DNA of 64,000 nt, from contig NC_043008.1 of assembly GCF_006345805.1 (NCBI RefSeq), positions 75,206,001 to 75,270,000 of the forward strand. The letters run 5' to 3'. The position numbers and the translations under genes were made by a program. This DNA comes from Octopus sinensis (lineage: Eukaryota). The stretch's first letter is position 1, and every line of letters starts with the position of its first letter. A model generated the notes under the pieces. That model was given only the letters and a program-made list of their open reading frames with translations, was not told the DNA's origin and made no database searches. Below are positions 26,263 through 38,008 of this stretch, piece by piece.

Positions 26263-26394
26263 CTCCTGTTTGACCCCATCCAGCAATAACACATTCCCTC
26301 GTAAAGCTGTCACCGTACTGCGCCATTGGTATCGGTTGCCGACATGGATTGAATGTTATTGCTTTGGGCAAAGTCAGTACTGTTACATCGTTCT
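26263..26394 (-). CDS. S1A serine protease, exon 4 (catalytic Asp)
   Basis: tttcag|AG AAC GAT..GGA G|gtaagt; (Q)NDVTVLTLPKAITFNPCRQPIPMAQYGDSFTRECVIAGWGQTG; Asp codon 26387-26389. Not in the ORF track. Confidence 0.93.
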
Positions 26395-26889
26395 CTGAAA
26401 TTTAAAGTAATTGTATCAATTTCTGCAGTAACTTCAACCAATGCGAATCTTAGAAATATCTGTTTTGTATTTCAACTCCAAATTAACTCAGCTATTACAA
26501 CTTAATTTGGACAGAAGTTCCTTAACACCTTCCATTCTGACATTTCACTTCTAAATGTTATACTTTTACGATGGTGGTCTTAAAAGTAAGTTTAGGGAGC
26601 GATTTGTTTGACTAAACCCTTCAAAGCGGCTCTATTCCAAGAAATGAAAACAAAAGATGAAAGATAAAAAATACGTGATTTTCTTGTACAAATACATACA
26701 TATGCTTATACATACATAGCCATATACACACATATACATATACATAATATGCATACATATTTATACATATATGTGTGTATTAGTGTGTGTGTGTGTCTAT
26801 ACATATGTATATTAAAGCTAAAGCATGAAATAAAACAAAATGTTTAAAAGTATATATAATCTACAGTGTTGAGCAATGATCATTATGTA

Positions 26890-28136
26890 CAGGGTGCGTA
26901 AGATATTTGAGGGCAGATTTATGCTTAATAAAAAGAAACAGATATATAACAGATAACTTTATTTATGAAAAAAATGCTACGAGGATAAAAATAACACTCT
27001 TTTCTATAATGTTATTCGATAAAGCCACCTTCAGCTTCAACAACTGCTTCTATATGAAATCTAAATCGCTACATACTCGAATCACGTAGTCTCGGTTCAT
27101 TTTGAACATTACTCTTACAATGACAGCTTTCATAGAATCTTTGGTGTTATGGGCGTGTTCATTGACCTCTCTCTCAACAACGCTCAATATGTTATAGTCC
27201 GTTAGCTTGAGATCAGGGGAATTATGAGGCTAAATGTTAGGGGTTATGTGATCAGGAGAATTTTCAGCCATCCATTCCTGTGTTAGAGCCATGTGTGATA
27301 GTGCAGAGTCTTACTGAAGCACATATGGCCTTCCATTGCATACACTGTCTATCCAGGGCTTAACAGTTATTTCCAGGGCCTCATTGTAGGCGGCAGAGTT
27401 AACTTGTGGAAATAAGTAAGGGGGCATCACATGTCATTCATTGCTGACAACCCCTAAAGCCATGACAGTTGCAGAAAATCTTGTGTGTATAACACTTGGA
27501 ACTTCAGAAGAGTCTGCACATAATCATCTGTTATTTCTCCTGTTAACCTTTTGATCTTGGCCGAAGACTTTCTCGTCTGAGAAAAACTAAATAAAATCTT
27601 CTTCTGCTGGATTTTTCAGCTTGTTTGTGAGCCTTTAAATCTGATGTAGTGATTTTCTTTTGCTTTTTCTAAGAAATTGACCTTTCCTCATCATATAAGA
27701 CTTATATCTGATGTCTTCGCGGACAACATTTCTAACTGTTCCTTCTGAAACATGGAGATCTTTTGCAATTGGCTTCATGAACTTTCTGGGATTGTAATCA
27801 ATGTTCTGTTGAACTTGGTGGATACATTCAGGTGTTCTGATAATTTCAGAACGTTTTGAATATTTTTTTATGCTTTAATACTGGTGACACGTTTCCATCT
27901 TCAGTCTCTAGCTCCTTACAAACTTTGTAGACGAAAGATCTAGCAATTTTTAAAACGCGAGATATTTCTAAATCACTATGCTCAGCCTTTATAACTACAA
28001 TAACAACCTGCCTGTTCATTTCTTGAGTAAGCTGAGGCTCTGCCATTATCATTTTCTGAAACAAGATTGTCCAGAGTTCGCAAGAAATTCAGCAATGACT
28101 CCCAAAATGTATGTCTCAAATACCTTACGCACCCTC
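26890..28136 (-). mobile_element. Full-length decayed Tc1/mariner-superfamily transposon, maT (DD37D)-like, in intron 3
   Basis: TIRs CAGGGTGCGTAAGATATTTGAG / GAGGGTGCGTAAGGTATTTGAG with TA on both sides; HTH ORF 27846-28064; FFSDEK, Q*DSALSH and NSPDLKLTDY motifs; 36 codons between second and third Asp in this copy. Confidence 0.8.
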
Positions 28137-28368
28137 TATATGCCTCACGAAAATACTAAATATTTATCACCAAAAGACGGGTGCAATAAAAATATGTGGA
28201 AGTAAACATGCCTAAATGTATTCCGTTCAAAAACACATTATACTGTGTTATCTAGTGCTTTGACTCAGCAAAGTAATATATCTTCCGTCGGATTACGATA
28301 AAACATAGTTTTAATAACAAAAAGAAAAAAACAGCACGAGAAAGAAATATAAAAATATAGAAACATAC

Positions 28369-28493
28369 GAAATTTAGGCGGCCCTGTATACTTTTTATTG
28401 GCGTGTATATTGTCTTTGGTGACAATCATACTTTCTTTCATGTTGTCTATGTTATTTCCACCAGCAGAAACTTTCACATGTTCGGCACCAACA
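28369..28493 (-). CDS. S1A serine protease, exon 3
   Basis: cattcag|T GTT GGT..TTT C|gtatgt; (V)VGAEHVKVSAGGNNIDNMKESMIVTKDNIHANKKYTGPPKF; phase 2 in and phase 1 out match the neighbouring exons. Confidence 0.88.
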
Positions 28494-31086
28494 CTGAATG
28501 AAGAAGAAATATATATTTCTGACACTGGCACAAGAAAATTTACAGTAAATATTACCACTCTTATTTAAACAATTTCTGAAATATTCTGTAATATTACATT
28601 TGTATCAGAATATAAAGGTATATCCCGTAGAAAATACATATCAAATATGCCGATGCATGATACAACATTTTAACCTTACTACTATCCCTAAATATATGAA
28701 TCATCTTATGTTCCAGTTATAAAAGGTAAACTTTAAATAATGTGGGTTAAGATGGATGACACTTAGGAGCCGGTTAACCCCTGCGGTGATTACTGCCGTA
28801 ATGGATTATACATACAGTTATCTTAAAATATTCGTTAATTGTAGAGATATTAAATATTGTGATGTCGTTTAGACCTGGTCAGCCTCGATTGAATAGACCT
28901 AATATTAAATTCTTTCCTTCTATAACTATTACGTATATTTTTATTTGACATAATGCGATTTGAGTACGATTTAGTTACTATTTGCAGCAGGTCGAGTGGG
29001 CCCACAGACGAGAGTATTCAGAATTATCCAAGCTGTTCCTTTTCCTTTAAGACGGAAAATAAAATTTAAGAGGAATGTGATTGCTATTTTTAGTATGATA
29101 TGTGACTGTATAGATGCACTTCCGTTACGAAGATGGATAGCAATGATAAATATTCCTGCTGATTTTGATGCTGCTTCTGCTGTTGTTATTGTTTATGTAT
29201 GTATACGTGTTATATCTGTCTAAACGTGGTGACATATACAATGTAACAATGTCGTGTATGGCAACTGTTGCTGGGAGAACCGACTTCACATATTTTATGT
29301 AACATCCAGGAGAATATTAAACACATCTCAGGAAAACAAGACCTGTATTTCATTAATTGAATTCAATTGTTAAACTATAAAGTTGATTTTAAGATTATAA
29401 AATATCAAGCTTGGAACCACATTAGCATTTATTTCACAACGTAGTATTTTCATTGAATATATCGCAGCGAATACTAAAGCGAGCTCCCGTTGAAATAATA
29501 ATTTGTTTGTCGTTACATATGTAATCTGATAGTAAGCTCTCCCTTAGCTACGATGCTAATCTGCAAAACAGATACTCTGTGAATGGAGTTTTAAGAGATT
29601 TATATAGAAAAAGCTCCAGGTATCTACTTGGTTATTTCTGAAGCCATATCGAAGCCGTTTCAGCTCATAAAATACACTCACACTGTGATAGTCACTAAAG
29701 GCATATGAAGGTCTCTAACTAAGATTTGTACCTCAAATCGATACTCCCTTTACATGCTATTCAATATTTACCCTTGTAAAATATCATATAACTCATTTGT
29801 GGTGGAGGCATGTAACTATCAATAACTCTCCTTCCTATCCTGCTGTTTCTACCTATTATCAATAACAAAACTTGTAAAACTACGGGTCGACGCTGTCAAT
29901 TGCAGGTTGTATGCAGAGTACAAGTGGTCCACTGATAAGTACTGACTATCCGTATCGAAGTGGAATTTAAACGCTGAATGAAAAGATTCACGGCAACACT
30001 GCAAATCGTTTCGTCTGACACGTTAAGAGACTCAACAACCCTTACTGTTCATTAATTTATCGAATCTGAAAACGTAAAAAAGCGCAAAGCGGATGCCAGT
30101 GGAGGTTGAACACAAAGCACAGAGAAACAGAACGAATATCGCAAGGCATCCCACTAGATACTTTAATGACTCGGCCAATTTTATTGTCTGTTGCTTACTG
30201 TTGCAAGTAGAGAAAATATTGTTAACAACTGTTCCTTTGATCTGATGCTGCTGTTAAACCTCCACTAAGTAAAAAGAGTGTTTGAAGTTATAATTCACTG
30301 GGATGATTTACACTAGAGAAACCAATGTGGAATTTAGACCATGAAGTATAGTCTCTAAACAGAATATGCATGTTCGATCTCCGTATATTACAACTGTTTA
30401 ATTCATCAAAGCCAGATCAATGAAAAGAAAATTACTCTTAATGGAATCTGAAATTAAATCAGTAATATTCCAAAGTAATAACATAATAGGTAGTCGATTG
30501 GTGAAACTGCTAAAGAGGTAACTGATTTAGTTCCTTACGTTCTGTGTTCAAATACCACGGATGTAAAATTTTCCACTCATTTTTGAAGAGGTCAATTAAT
30601 CTTCTCTTTTCTACGTTCTTTCTAACTTTTTTCTTACGGAATCGACTTCGTTACGCAGTACAATCGTAAGGATAGCTCTGAGTATAAAAAATAGAGAAGT
30701 GACAAGCTACGAATTCTCAACTACTTCTAACCTTACATACAATAAAAACAGTCCTAAAACAGGTAGAATGCAATCACTAGATTGGCCGATGTGATGGATA
30801 GCACCGGCAATCAAAGAAAGCCTTTGTGGTTGGTCTCGATAGTCTTCACAAGTTTGTCTTTGCAGTTCCCCTCATTTAGGCTCTACAGTCTGTATTAACT
30901 GTTATCAGCCTTCATCAGTCAGTACCTACATCCTGTGATAATTGGTCTTAATGCTCCGAAAAAATTGGCCTGTACAGTCGTCACCAATTAATCCCTGCAG
31001 TTATCATGGTTGAATTTCTACAACTTTTGTCAGTTGGCCTCTGCGGTTTTCATGAATATAACATTTACAATAGAATATTTACTTAC

Positions 31087-31276
31087 ACACAATGGGCAGC
31101 TGTGAGAATATGCATGCTGTCTATAATTGATCCCCCGCAGAGAAAATACCCTTTTGCAGTTTTAATTATCAGGGCCACCATCCAAGGAAATTCACAGGTG
31201 GTGGCATATGATCCATCAATAATATGGTGAAGGTTTCGTTTTACACGTGCAACTGATCCATCGATGTTGCCACAAA
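31087..31276 (-). CDS. S1A serine protease, exon 2 (propeptide, mature N-terminus, catalytic His)
   Basis: tttcag|TT TGT..TGT GT|gtaagt; CGNIDGSVARVKRNLHH-IIDGSYATTCEFPWMVALIIK..FLCGGSIIDSMHILTAAHC; His codon 31092-31094. Confidence 0.95.
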
Positions 31277-32503
31277 CTGAAATATAAAGCAATATCTAAT
31301 CAGCATATGTATTTTCTTAAGATAGATTCAGCGATATTATATAGAATTAACATTGGATTAAATTTCAATCTTTCGAATCTTACTGTCCCCAATATTCATC
31401 TGACAGGACATGGTACATAAATTTTTCCCTAAATCTAATTTGCTATCCCGCAATCCAATTATCTTAAAGTTTAATTCCACTGTATTCATCTCTTTTCCCA
31501 ATTCCGCACCCTTAATTCTTAATCCAATTACATCACAGAAAATCGAAAGAAGAGATACTTTAATAGTTGGCAGAATAAACGATTTAACTACCAATTAAAC
31601 CTGCTTAATGCAAGGTCTTGAAAGAAATGTGTCTCAATTACAGACGATATAATGATCTAAAAATAATTTCTCTCCCTTCCTCTTTCTCTCTGTCTCTCTA
31701 TTATAAACCTTATCATATAACGCAATCTCAGTGGATAACTGCTAACTATATCAAAAAATCACAAGTTCTCTCAATTACAAATGCCATCACGCTATAGCAG
31801 GACAATATCTTTCTCAGATATAAACATTATCACAGAGAAATCTTACTCTCTCGACCGCCCCCTTTCTTTCTACTTCTCTCCCTTTCTCTCAATTACAATC
31901 GCGATCTTAATAAGATTTCGTAATGTTGAAATTTTTTTTCTCTTTGTTTGATTAGTGACTAACAATTCAGTAAAATTTTGATCAGATCAAAGAAAATACG
32001 AAACGTTTTGACACGTCAATGCAGACAGTAAGAATAAGTAACATACGAAAATAGACATACATAACTTAAATGAGCAAAAAACAAAATAAACTATAAAAAA
32101 TATTTTTCTCCGATGTAAATGTGCATTTCTTTTGTAAATTTTTCCAGAAAATCTGCTTGCTAGCTATTGGGGTTTTTGGATCCAGAAAGTTTATTTTTAG
32201 GTCACTCGGACTCATAAAACTGGAACTGAAAAGATCTCACCAAATTAAAGCTAAACACATTGAAGTCCATGGTTTGCTGAACAGGCCAAAATACGTTCGT
32301 AGTCATTTATCTTATTTGCCTAAATCATATGGATTATCTTAGGTTATGGTTAATATTTTTTCCACGATACATAATATTTACGGGTTAGATTGTTTTAGTG
32401 TTACTTTCATTAAGCATATTTTAATTGACTTAACTATTATTTATACATGCAGATGACGATTATCTCTGTTTAAGTTATTTTCTGAATATATCTAGTTTTC
32501 TAA

Positions 32504-32820
32504 GCGCATGGCTCAGTGGTTAGAGAGTCGGGTTCACAATCATGTGGTAGTAAGTTCGATTACCGGACCGAGATGTCAGTTGTGTTCTTGGGCAAGACAC
32601 TTTATACTATGTTGCTCCAGTTCACTCTGTTGTAGAAATGAGTTGCGACGTCATTGGTGCTAAGCTAAATCGGTCTTTGCCTTTCCCATGGATAACATCA
32701 CTGGCGTGGAGAGGGGGGCTGGTATGCATAGGCGATGGCTGGTCTATCAGAAACAACCTCACTCGGACTTGTGCCTTGGAGGGGAACTATCTAGGTGTAA
32801 TGCCTTGGGCATTCATGACC
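32504..32820 (+). mobile_element. tRNA-derived SINE in intron 1 (third family)
   Basis: A-box TGGCTCAGTGG, B-box AAGTTCGATTAC, core tgtgttcttgggcaagacacttta..ctccagttcactc. Confidence 0.75.
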
Positions 32821-33728
32821 TAGTTTTCTACGTCAACCGTTGTACAACATTATACATTGATTTAATGATTCTCCCGCCTTACTTCGTTTTTTCTTGTTAG
32901 ATTTATTGAAGCTCCCTGCATTAACTATTTAATGGCTAACTTGCTTTAAGGTGACAATGTTTAAAGTACAGAGCAAAATCAAATAACAATAGAATCGTTA
33001 AAAAAGAAAATGTGTTTCCCTCCACCCATCCACGAATAAGTTTTAATTTGCTCCAAATCTACTTGTGAAATAATAGGTAGCCAACGTAGATTATAGTTTT
33101 CTATAATTATCAGACAGCTACGCTATTCTTGTTTTTGTGAAATCAATAAGCGTTAACTAGGTACGTGAGGTACGACAATTCCCCATTACAAGGAGTGCCA
33201 ACACTAGTAGTTACGAGTTATTCAAAGGTTCTGGTGCCGACTAAGATAGTGTAGCTATAAATATTTGTCTCATCCATTTCACTCAGCAAACGTCTTTGAT
33301 AAGTAACCGCCTTATCAGTATTTTCTTAAAGAAAATAACTACCTACAAACGAATTATAATGTTTACCCATATTTTGTTTCGTTGGTGTCGTCCAAGTATC
33401 TCTCTTAGATTCTGCCGAGTAATTCATAATGATGCTAAAACAAGGCTACAAGATAGAATTTTGACAAACGTTAGAAATTCGGTTGAAAATAAAATGTGCT
33501 GTCTGATTTTTATGATTCCAAATATATTTTAGCAACTTTCAAAATAATATATTCTATGAGATGTTCTAATGATTTGAAACACTAAGCTCCAGGCAATAAA
33601 TTTGTCAGATGTTTAGATTTTTTTTTTGCCGTGACTAGCATTTAGAAGTTTCTACCAGACCTCGTTAAATATGCTAAAACGTTTCTCTCATCTATCGTAA
33701 AAAATATAAATAAATTCTGAAAACTTAC

Positions 33729-33789
33729 GTGCAACAGTCACTACTACTGTCAGGAGTAGGATAATGTTTACAAGTGAATTCATCTTCAT
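33729..33789 (-). CDS. S1A serine protease, exon 1 (signal peptide)
   Basis: ATG AAG ATG..GCA C|gtaagt = MKMNSLVNIILLLTVVVTVA, hydrophobic core ending in V-A; phase 1 matches exon 2. Joined CDS is 813 nt = 270 aa + stop. Confidence 0.8.
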
Positions 33790-33790
33790 T

Positions 33791-33826
33791 GAATGATAGG
33801 TTTTAGAGGAGAAACCAGAATTTATA
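33791..33826 (-). promoter_or_regulatory. TATA box + initiator core promoter of the protease gene
   Basis: TATAAAT at 33826-33820 and TCATTC at 33796-33791; first T of TATA is 32 nt upstream of the Inr A (33794). Confidence 0.65.
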
Positions 33827-34887
33827 AAGACTTTTTGTTACGTGTGTCAGCGATTATTTTACACGAGCAGACAAAAATAACAAACGTCATCCGTTTCAAG
33901 TAATAATGCATTAAAACTGGTCACCACTTTCTAAACATTCTCACAATTAACAGGTGACAATTATTAAAGTACAGAACAAAATGAAATAGTAAAACAGGTG
34001 TTAAAAAAAGGAAAATGTTTCCACTCCACCCACCCACGAATAAGCTTAAATCATATTAGTGCTGCTATTGATTTTCAAATTTATCAATAATTTTCAGATA
34101 TACAAAATATGACAATCCTTAAACTGATTTCAATGCAAAAATTCTAAATTCATCTGTTGAAAGTAACAAAAGTAAAAAAAAATTGCTATCTCAGAGATTA
34201 TATAAATCTATAAATTGATTAGACGTTTCGCGTTTATAGCAATGTTTCATTAAAAAGCCAAAAAATTCGGATATATTCTCGACAGTTTGCAATGTTACTG
34301 AAATATTATACTATCATTTCACAAATAAAATAAATATATTATCAACATATTACAGTTATTATTGAAACTTCAAATCATTACTATTGATTTAATTTAAACA
34401 ACGCTGATTGAAAATTAATAATTGATACTACTTCAATTCCATTTATTTTTGGTCTTTTATTGTATTAATTGTGATGTATGTTGTTTGAATTATTTTTAAC
34501 TCGTAGTTATTTCTCTTCAATTTTAATCTTAGGTCGTTAAGAAGATCACTTCTCAAACACGTAGTTCCACGTTCAAACCCACATTGCGGCGCTTTCAGCG
34601 TTTTATATCATACCTTTGAATGTAATAATATATTGTGTAGATATACTTTAGTCCCAGGTGCAACCTGCTAAATTACACATAGGGCCAGAGCTATCCCAGC
34701 CATGACTATTCTAATTTTCTGTATATCTAAACTTAACATAGGCTACTGAATCCTTCATTATATAACTGGAAGGTAAAGTTTCAAAGAATTTCGCTACTAT
34801 TTGTAGTAAGATAATCGTTCACATTGAATTCCCCTCGATGGCTCGGATGGAATTTAGTACACAACCGGTATAAATGAGAAATCAGCC

Positions 34888-34957
<70 letters not shown>

Positions 34958-35107
34958 AAATATTATATATATATATATTATATATATATATATATGATCA
35001 TTCTCCTACGCTCATGTGTAGGTAGACACACAACAAGCAGCCATTCCTACAAAAATTCTTACTATAAATTCTTCCTATGACCTTAAACGATATTTAGCCT
35101 AACCACA

Positions 35108-35152
<45 letters not shown>

Positions 35153-35154
<2 letters not shown>

Positions 35155-35612
35155 CTGGACGCTATACACACGCCAAGAACGTCGCCTAAACATCTTTCAC
35201 CTGCGCTGCCTCCGAAAATTCCTCCGCATCAAATGGCAGAATCATATCCCCAACAAAGATGTCCCTCAGGCAAGCAGGAATACCAAGCATGTTTGCACTC
35301 CTCACACAAAGACGTATGAGATGGCTTGGGCATGTTAGCCGTATGAAAGATGGCAGAATCCCCAAGGACATACTCTACGGAGAGCTCGCTAGGGGTACTA
35401 GGTCTGTGGGTAGACCGACCTTACGTTACAGGGATGTTTGCAAAAGGGATATGAAGGCCTGCAACATCAATATTAGCGGTTGGAAGGCAGTTGCCGAACA
35501 GTCTTCGCTACATTTGCGGTACCTGCCAGAGGGAGTGTTTGTCCCGGATAGGACTACACAGCGCCACTCCATTGTCTCCCGAGACAGAAAGGATGCCAAT
35601 ACAATACAATAC
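35153..35612 (+). mobile_element. RTE-clade LINE 3' fragment
   Basis: WTLY..RRLNIFHLRCLRKFLRIKW, frameshift, RRMRWLGHVSRMKDGRIPKDILYGEL..GRPTLRYRDVCKRDMK, then YICGTCQRECLSRIGLHS and (aatac)n tail; starts at (TA)n. Confidence 0.85.
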
Positions 35613-36383
35613 AATGTATGCACATATTAGAACACCGTATGCTGTGTTAGAAGCCTCGATAGATATTCTCATAAAAGCGCTTGGTGCATAAAGTACATAC
35701 ATATATAGTAGCAGACGAGAATCGACTGTCATAGGCACCGGAATTCCCTTATTACGTTTCCTGTTATTGGAGCTCATCAGTGGGAAACGTCTGGTCACTG
35801 CATGTCAGTTAAATCTAGCTGCTACCATATATAGTATATCACCATATTTTCCGGTATTGATTGTCGCAAAACAGCTAGCAGGATTATAAAATATTAATTA
35901 TTAGCATCGGAAACAGTATAGCTACCAAAATGTAATCTTTATATCTAACTTAAAATAGTTGTCTTATCAGCACACTGAACAGTGCACCATTAGCTATGAG
36001 CGATCTTCCCATATAAGTGCTTGGTGCAAAAAGCACTCAAATCGGAGCAGACAAGAATCATCTATGGACGCCGTAATTCCCATATCACGTAATTTTTTTT
36101 TACTGGAAATCCTCACTTGGAATCCCAGCACTCATGACAGTCGAATCTCGTTTACTACAATCTATATATGTACTTTAATGCGACAAGCAGCTATATAAGA
36201 ATGTCTCTCAAGACTAATACCGTAGTATGCAGTCTTCTAACAAAACATCGATGTTAATTTGGATATAAATATTATCTTTATTATACTGCTTCCGTCTCTT
36301 ATGATTATATATACATATATGCCTACATGCACACACATACACACAAACACACAGACACGCACACACGTCCACATACACATATG

Positions 36384-36535
36384 CGGTGTGTCTATGTGGT
36401 AAAGAGAATGCTTCCCAACTATGTGCTTTTGGTTCAGTCCTACTGCGCGGCATCTTGGGCAAGCGCCTTCTGTAGCAAAAGGCTGACCAAGCGCTGTGAG
36501 TACATTTGGCAGACGGAAACTGAAAGAAGCCTGTC

Positions 36536-36537
<2 letters not shown>
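36384..36537 (+). mobile_element. SINE head (family of 51654-52069)
   Basis: ggttcagtcc.actgcgcggcatcttgggcaag..gcagacggaaactgaaagaagcc. Confidence 0.7.
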
Positions 36538-36566
<29 letters not shown>

Positions 36567-36570
36567 CATA

Positions 36571-38008
36571 CAGAGGTTGCACAAAATAATGGAAACACCT
36601 TAAAATTAAATTTATTTCAATATGGGATAGGACCGCCTTTGGCAAAAATTACAGCTTGAATTCTACAAGGTATGAACTCGTACATACTTTGAATTGTTTC
36701 TAAAGGAATTGTTGTCCATTCTTCAAATAAAACAGTCTCCAGTTCTTGTAGTGATGATAGTGGAGAATATCGACTCCTTACTTGTTTTTCTAAAATGCAC
36801 CATAAAGGTTCAATTATATTGAGATCTGAGGAGTGGAGGCCAGATAAGATGTTCAATATCACTAGAATGTTCCTTATGTCCTTCAGTAACAATCTTAGCT
36901 GTGTGAATTGGTGCATTACCATCCTGAAAGATTACGCTTCCCTCCGGAAACAATTCCACAACCATACGATGAATTTGATCAGATAAAATGCTTAAATAGT
37001 CTTGACTATTTATTCTGCCATGAAGGGAACCCATTGGGCCGGCGGATTTCCAAGATATAGCCTCTAGATCATCACAGACCCTCCTCCATGTTTAACAGTT
37101 GGAAGAAGGCAGTCTGAGTCAAATGCTTCTTTTGGCGATCTCCACGCGTATACTCGGCCGGCAGTCGGAAATAAGGTAATTGATGACTCGTCCGAGAAAG
37201 TAACATTCTTTAACTAATCTAGGGACCAATTTTGCAGGTTTTTACTCCACTCTAAACGCATCGCAACGTTTGTTTTTGAAGTAGTGGTTTTCTGATTGCA
37301 GCCTTTCTGGGAAATCTAGCTTCGTACCACTCCTGGCGAACAGACTTTGTGGAAACTGGATTCTCGAGGTGTTCATTAAGCTCTGCAGTAATTGTGCAAT
37401 CTGCACTTTTGTGATCCTTTCTTACAATTCGCATAAGAGTCCAACGGTCCCTATGTAAAGGTTTTGGTTTTCTATCGGAGTTTTGTTTCGACGAGGAGGT
37501 TTTTCCCTCTTTCTCAAAGGATGTCATTACATTTGAGACAGTATTTCTAGATGCACCAAACATTTCAGCTGTTTTTGTTACCCTAGCGCCTGCCATACGA
37601 GCACCAACAATTTGACCTCGTTGAAAGTCCGATAGATCTGTCATTTTAATGAATTTTAATTACCTTTTTCTAATGATATGTGAAAAGAAACAGCAATTTT
37701 AGCAAAACTGTTTTGTCGACGCCCCCAGACAATAAAGTAAGCTAGCCCAATACGTAGATATAGCGGGAGAAGTCTGGACGTCCAGGAGTTGAGTAGAGGT
37801 CTTCCGAACGTGCGATATAACAGTGGTGACGAGGATTTCTTAGCTCACACAGCCACTGTGTAGTATTGCGATATAACAAAAACATATTAAGTAATACTAA
37901 TAATAAATCTAAGAACATAAACACAAACAAGCTTTTGACGGATTTATGGAGATTTCAAAATTATGATGCTATGATGCTAGGTGTTTCCATTATTTTGTCC
38001 AACCCTTG
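36571..38008 (-). mobile_element. Full-length decayed Tc1-family transposon
   Basis: 30-bp TIRs (CAGAGGTTGCACAAAATAATGGAAACACCT / CAAGGGTTGGACAAAATAATGGAAACACCT), TA at 36569-70 and 38009-10; ORF pieces 37252-37644 (HTH), FSDES, FQDGNAPIH, DLNIIEPLW; frameshifted. Confidence 0.9.

Noticed and set aside
29900-30600. Old SINE-like fragments (also ~4700-4800, 11690-11875, 39100-39230)
   Set aside because: Probably real but too decayed to give defensible boundaries or family.
31358-31598. Overlapping ORFs in intron 1 as extra protease exons
   Set aside because: No protease or propeptide similarity and no convincing in-phase splice sites.
32060-32340. Candidate exon(s) with cag/gtgag signals in intron 1
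   Set aside because: Stop codons in the phase-1 frame needed to join exon 1 to exon 2.
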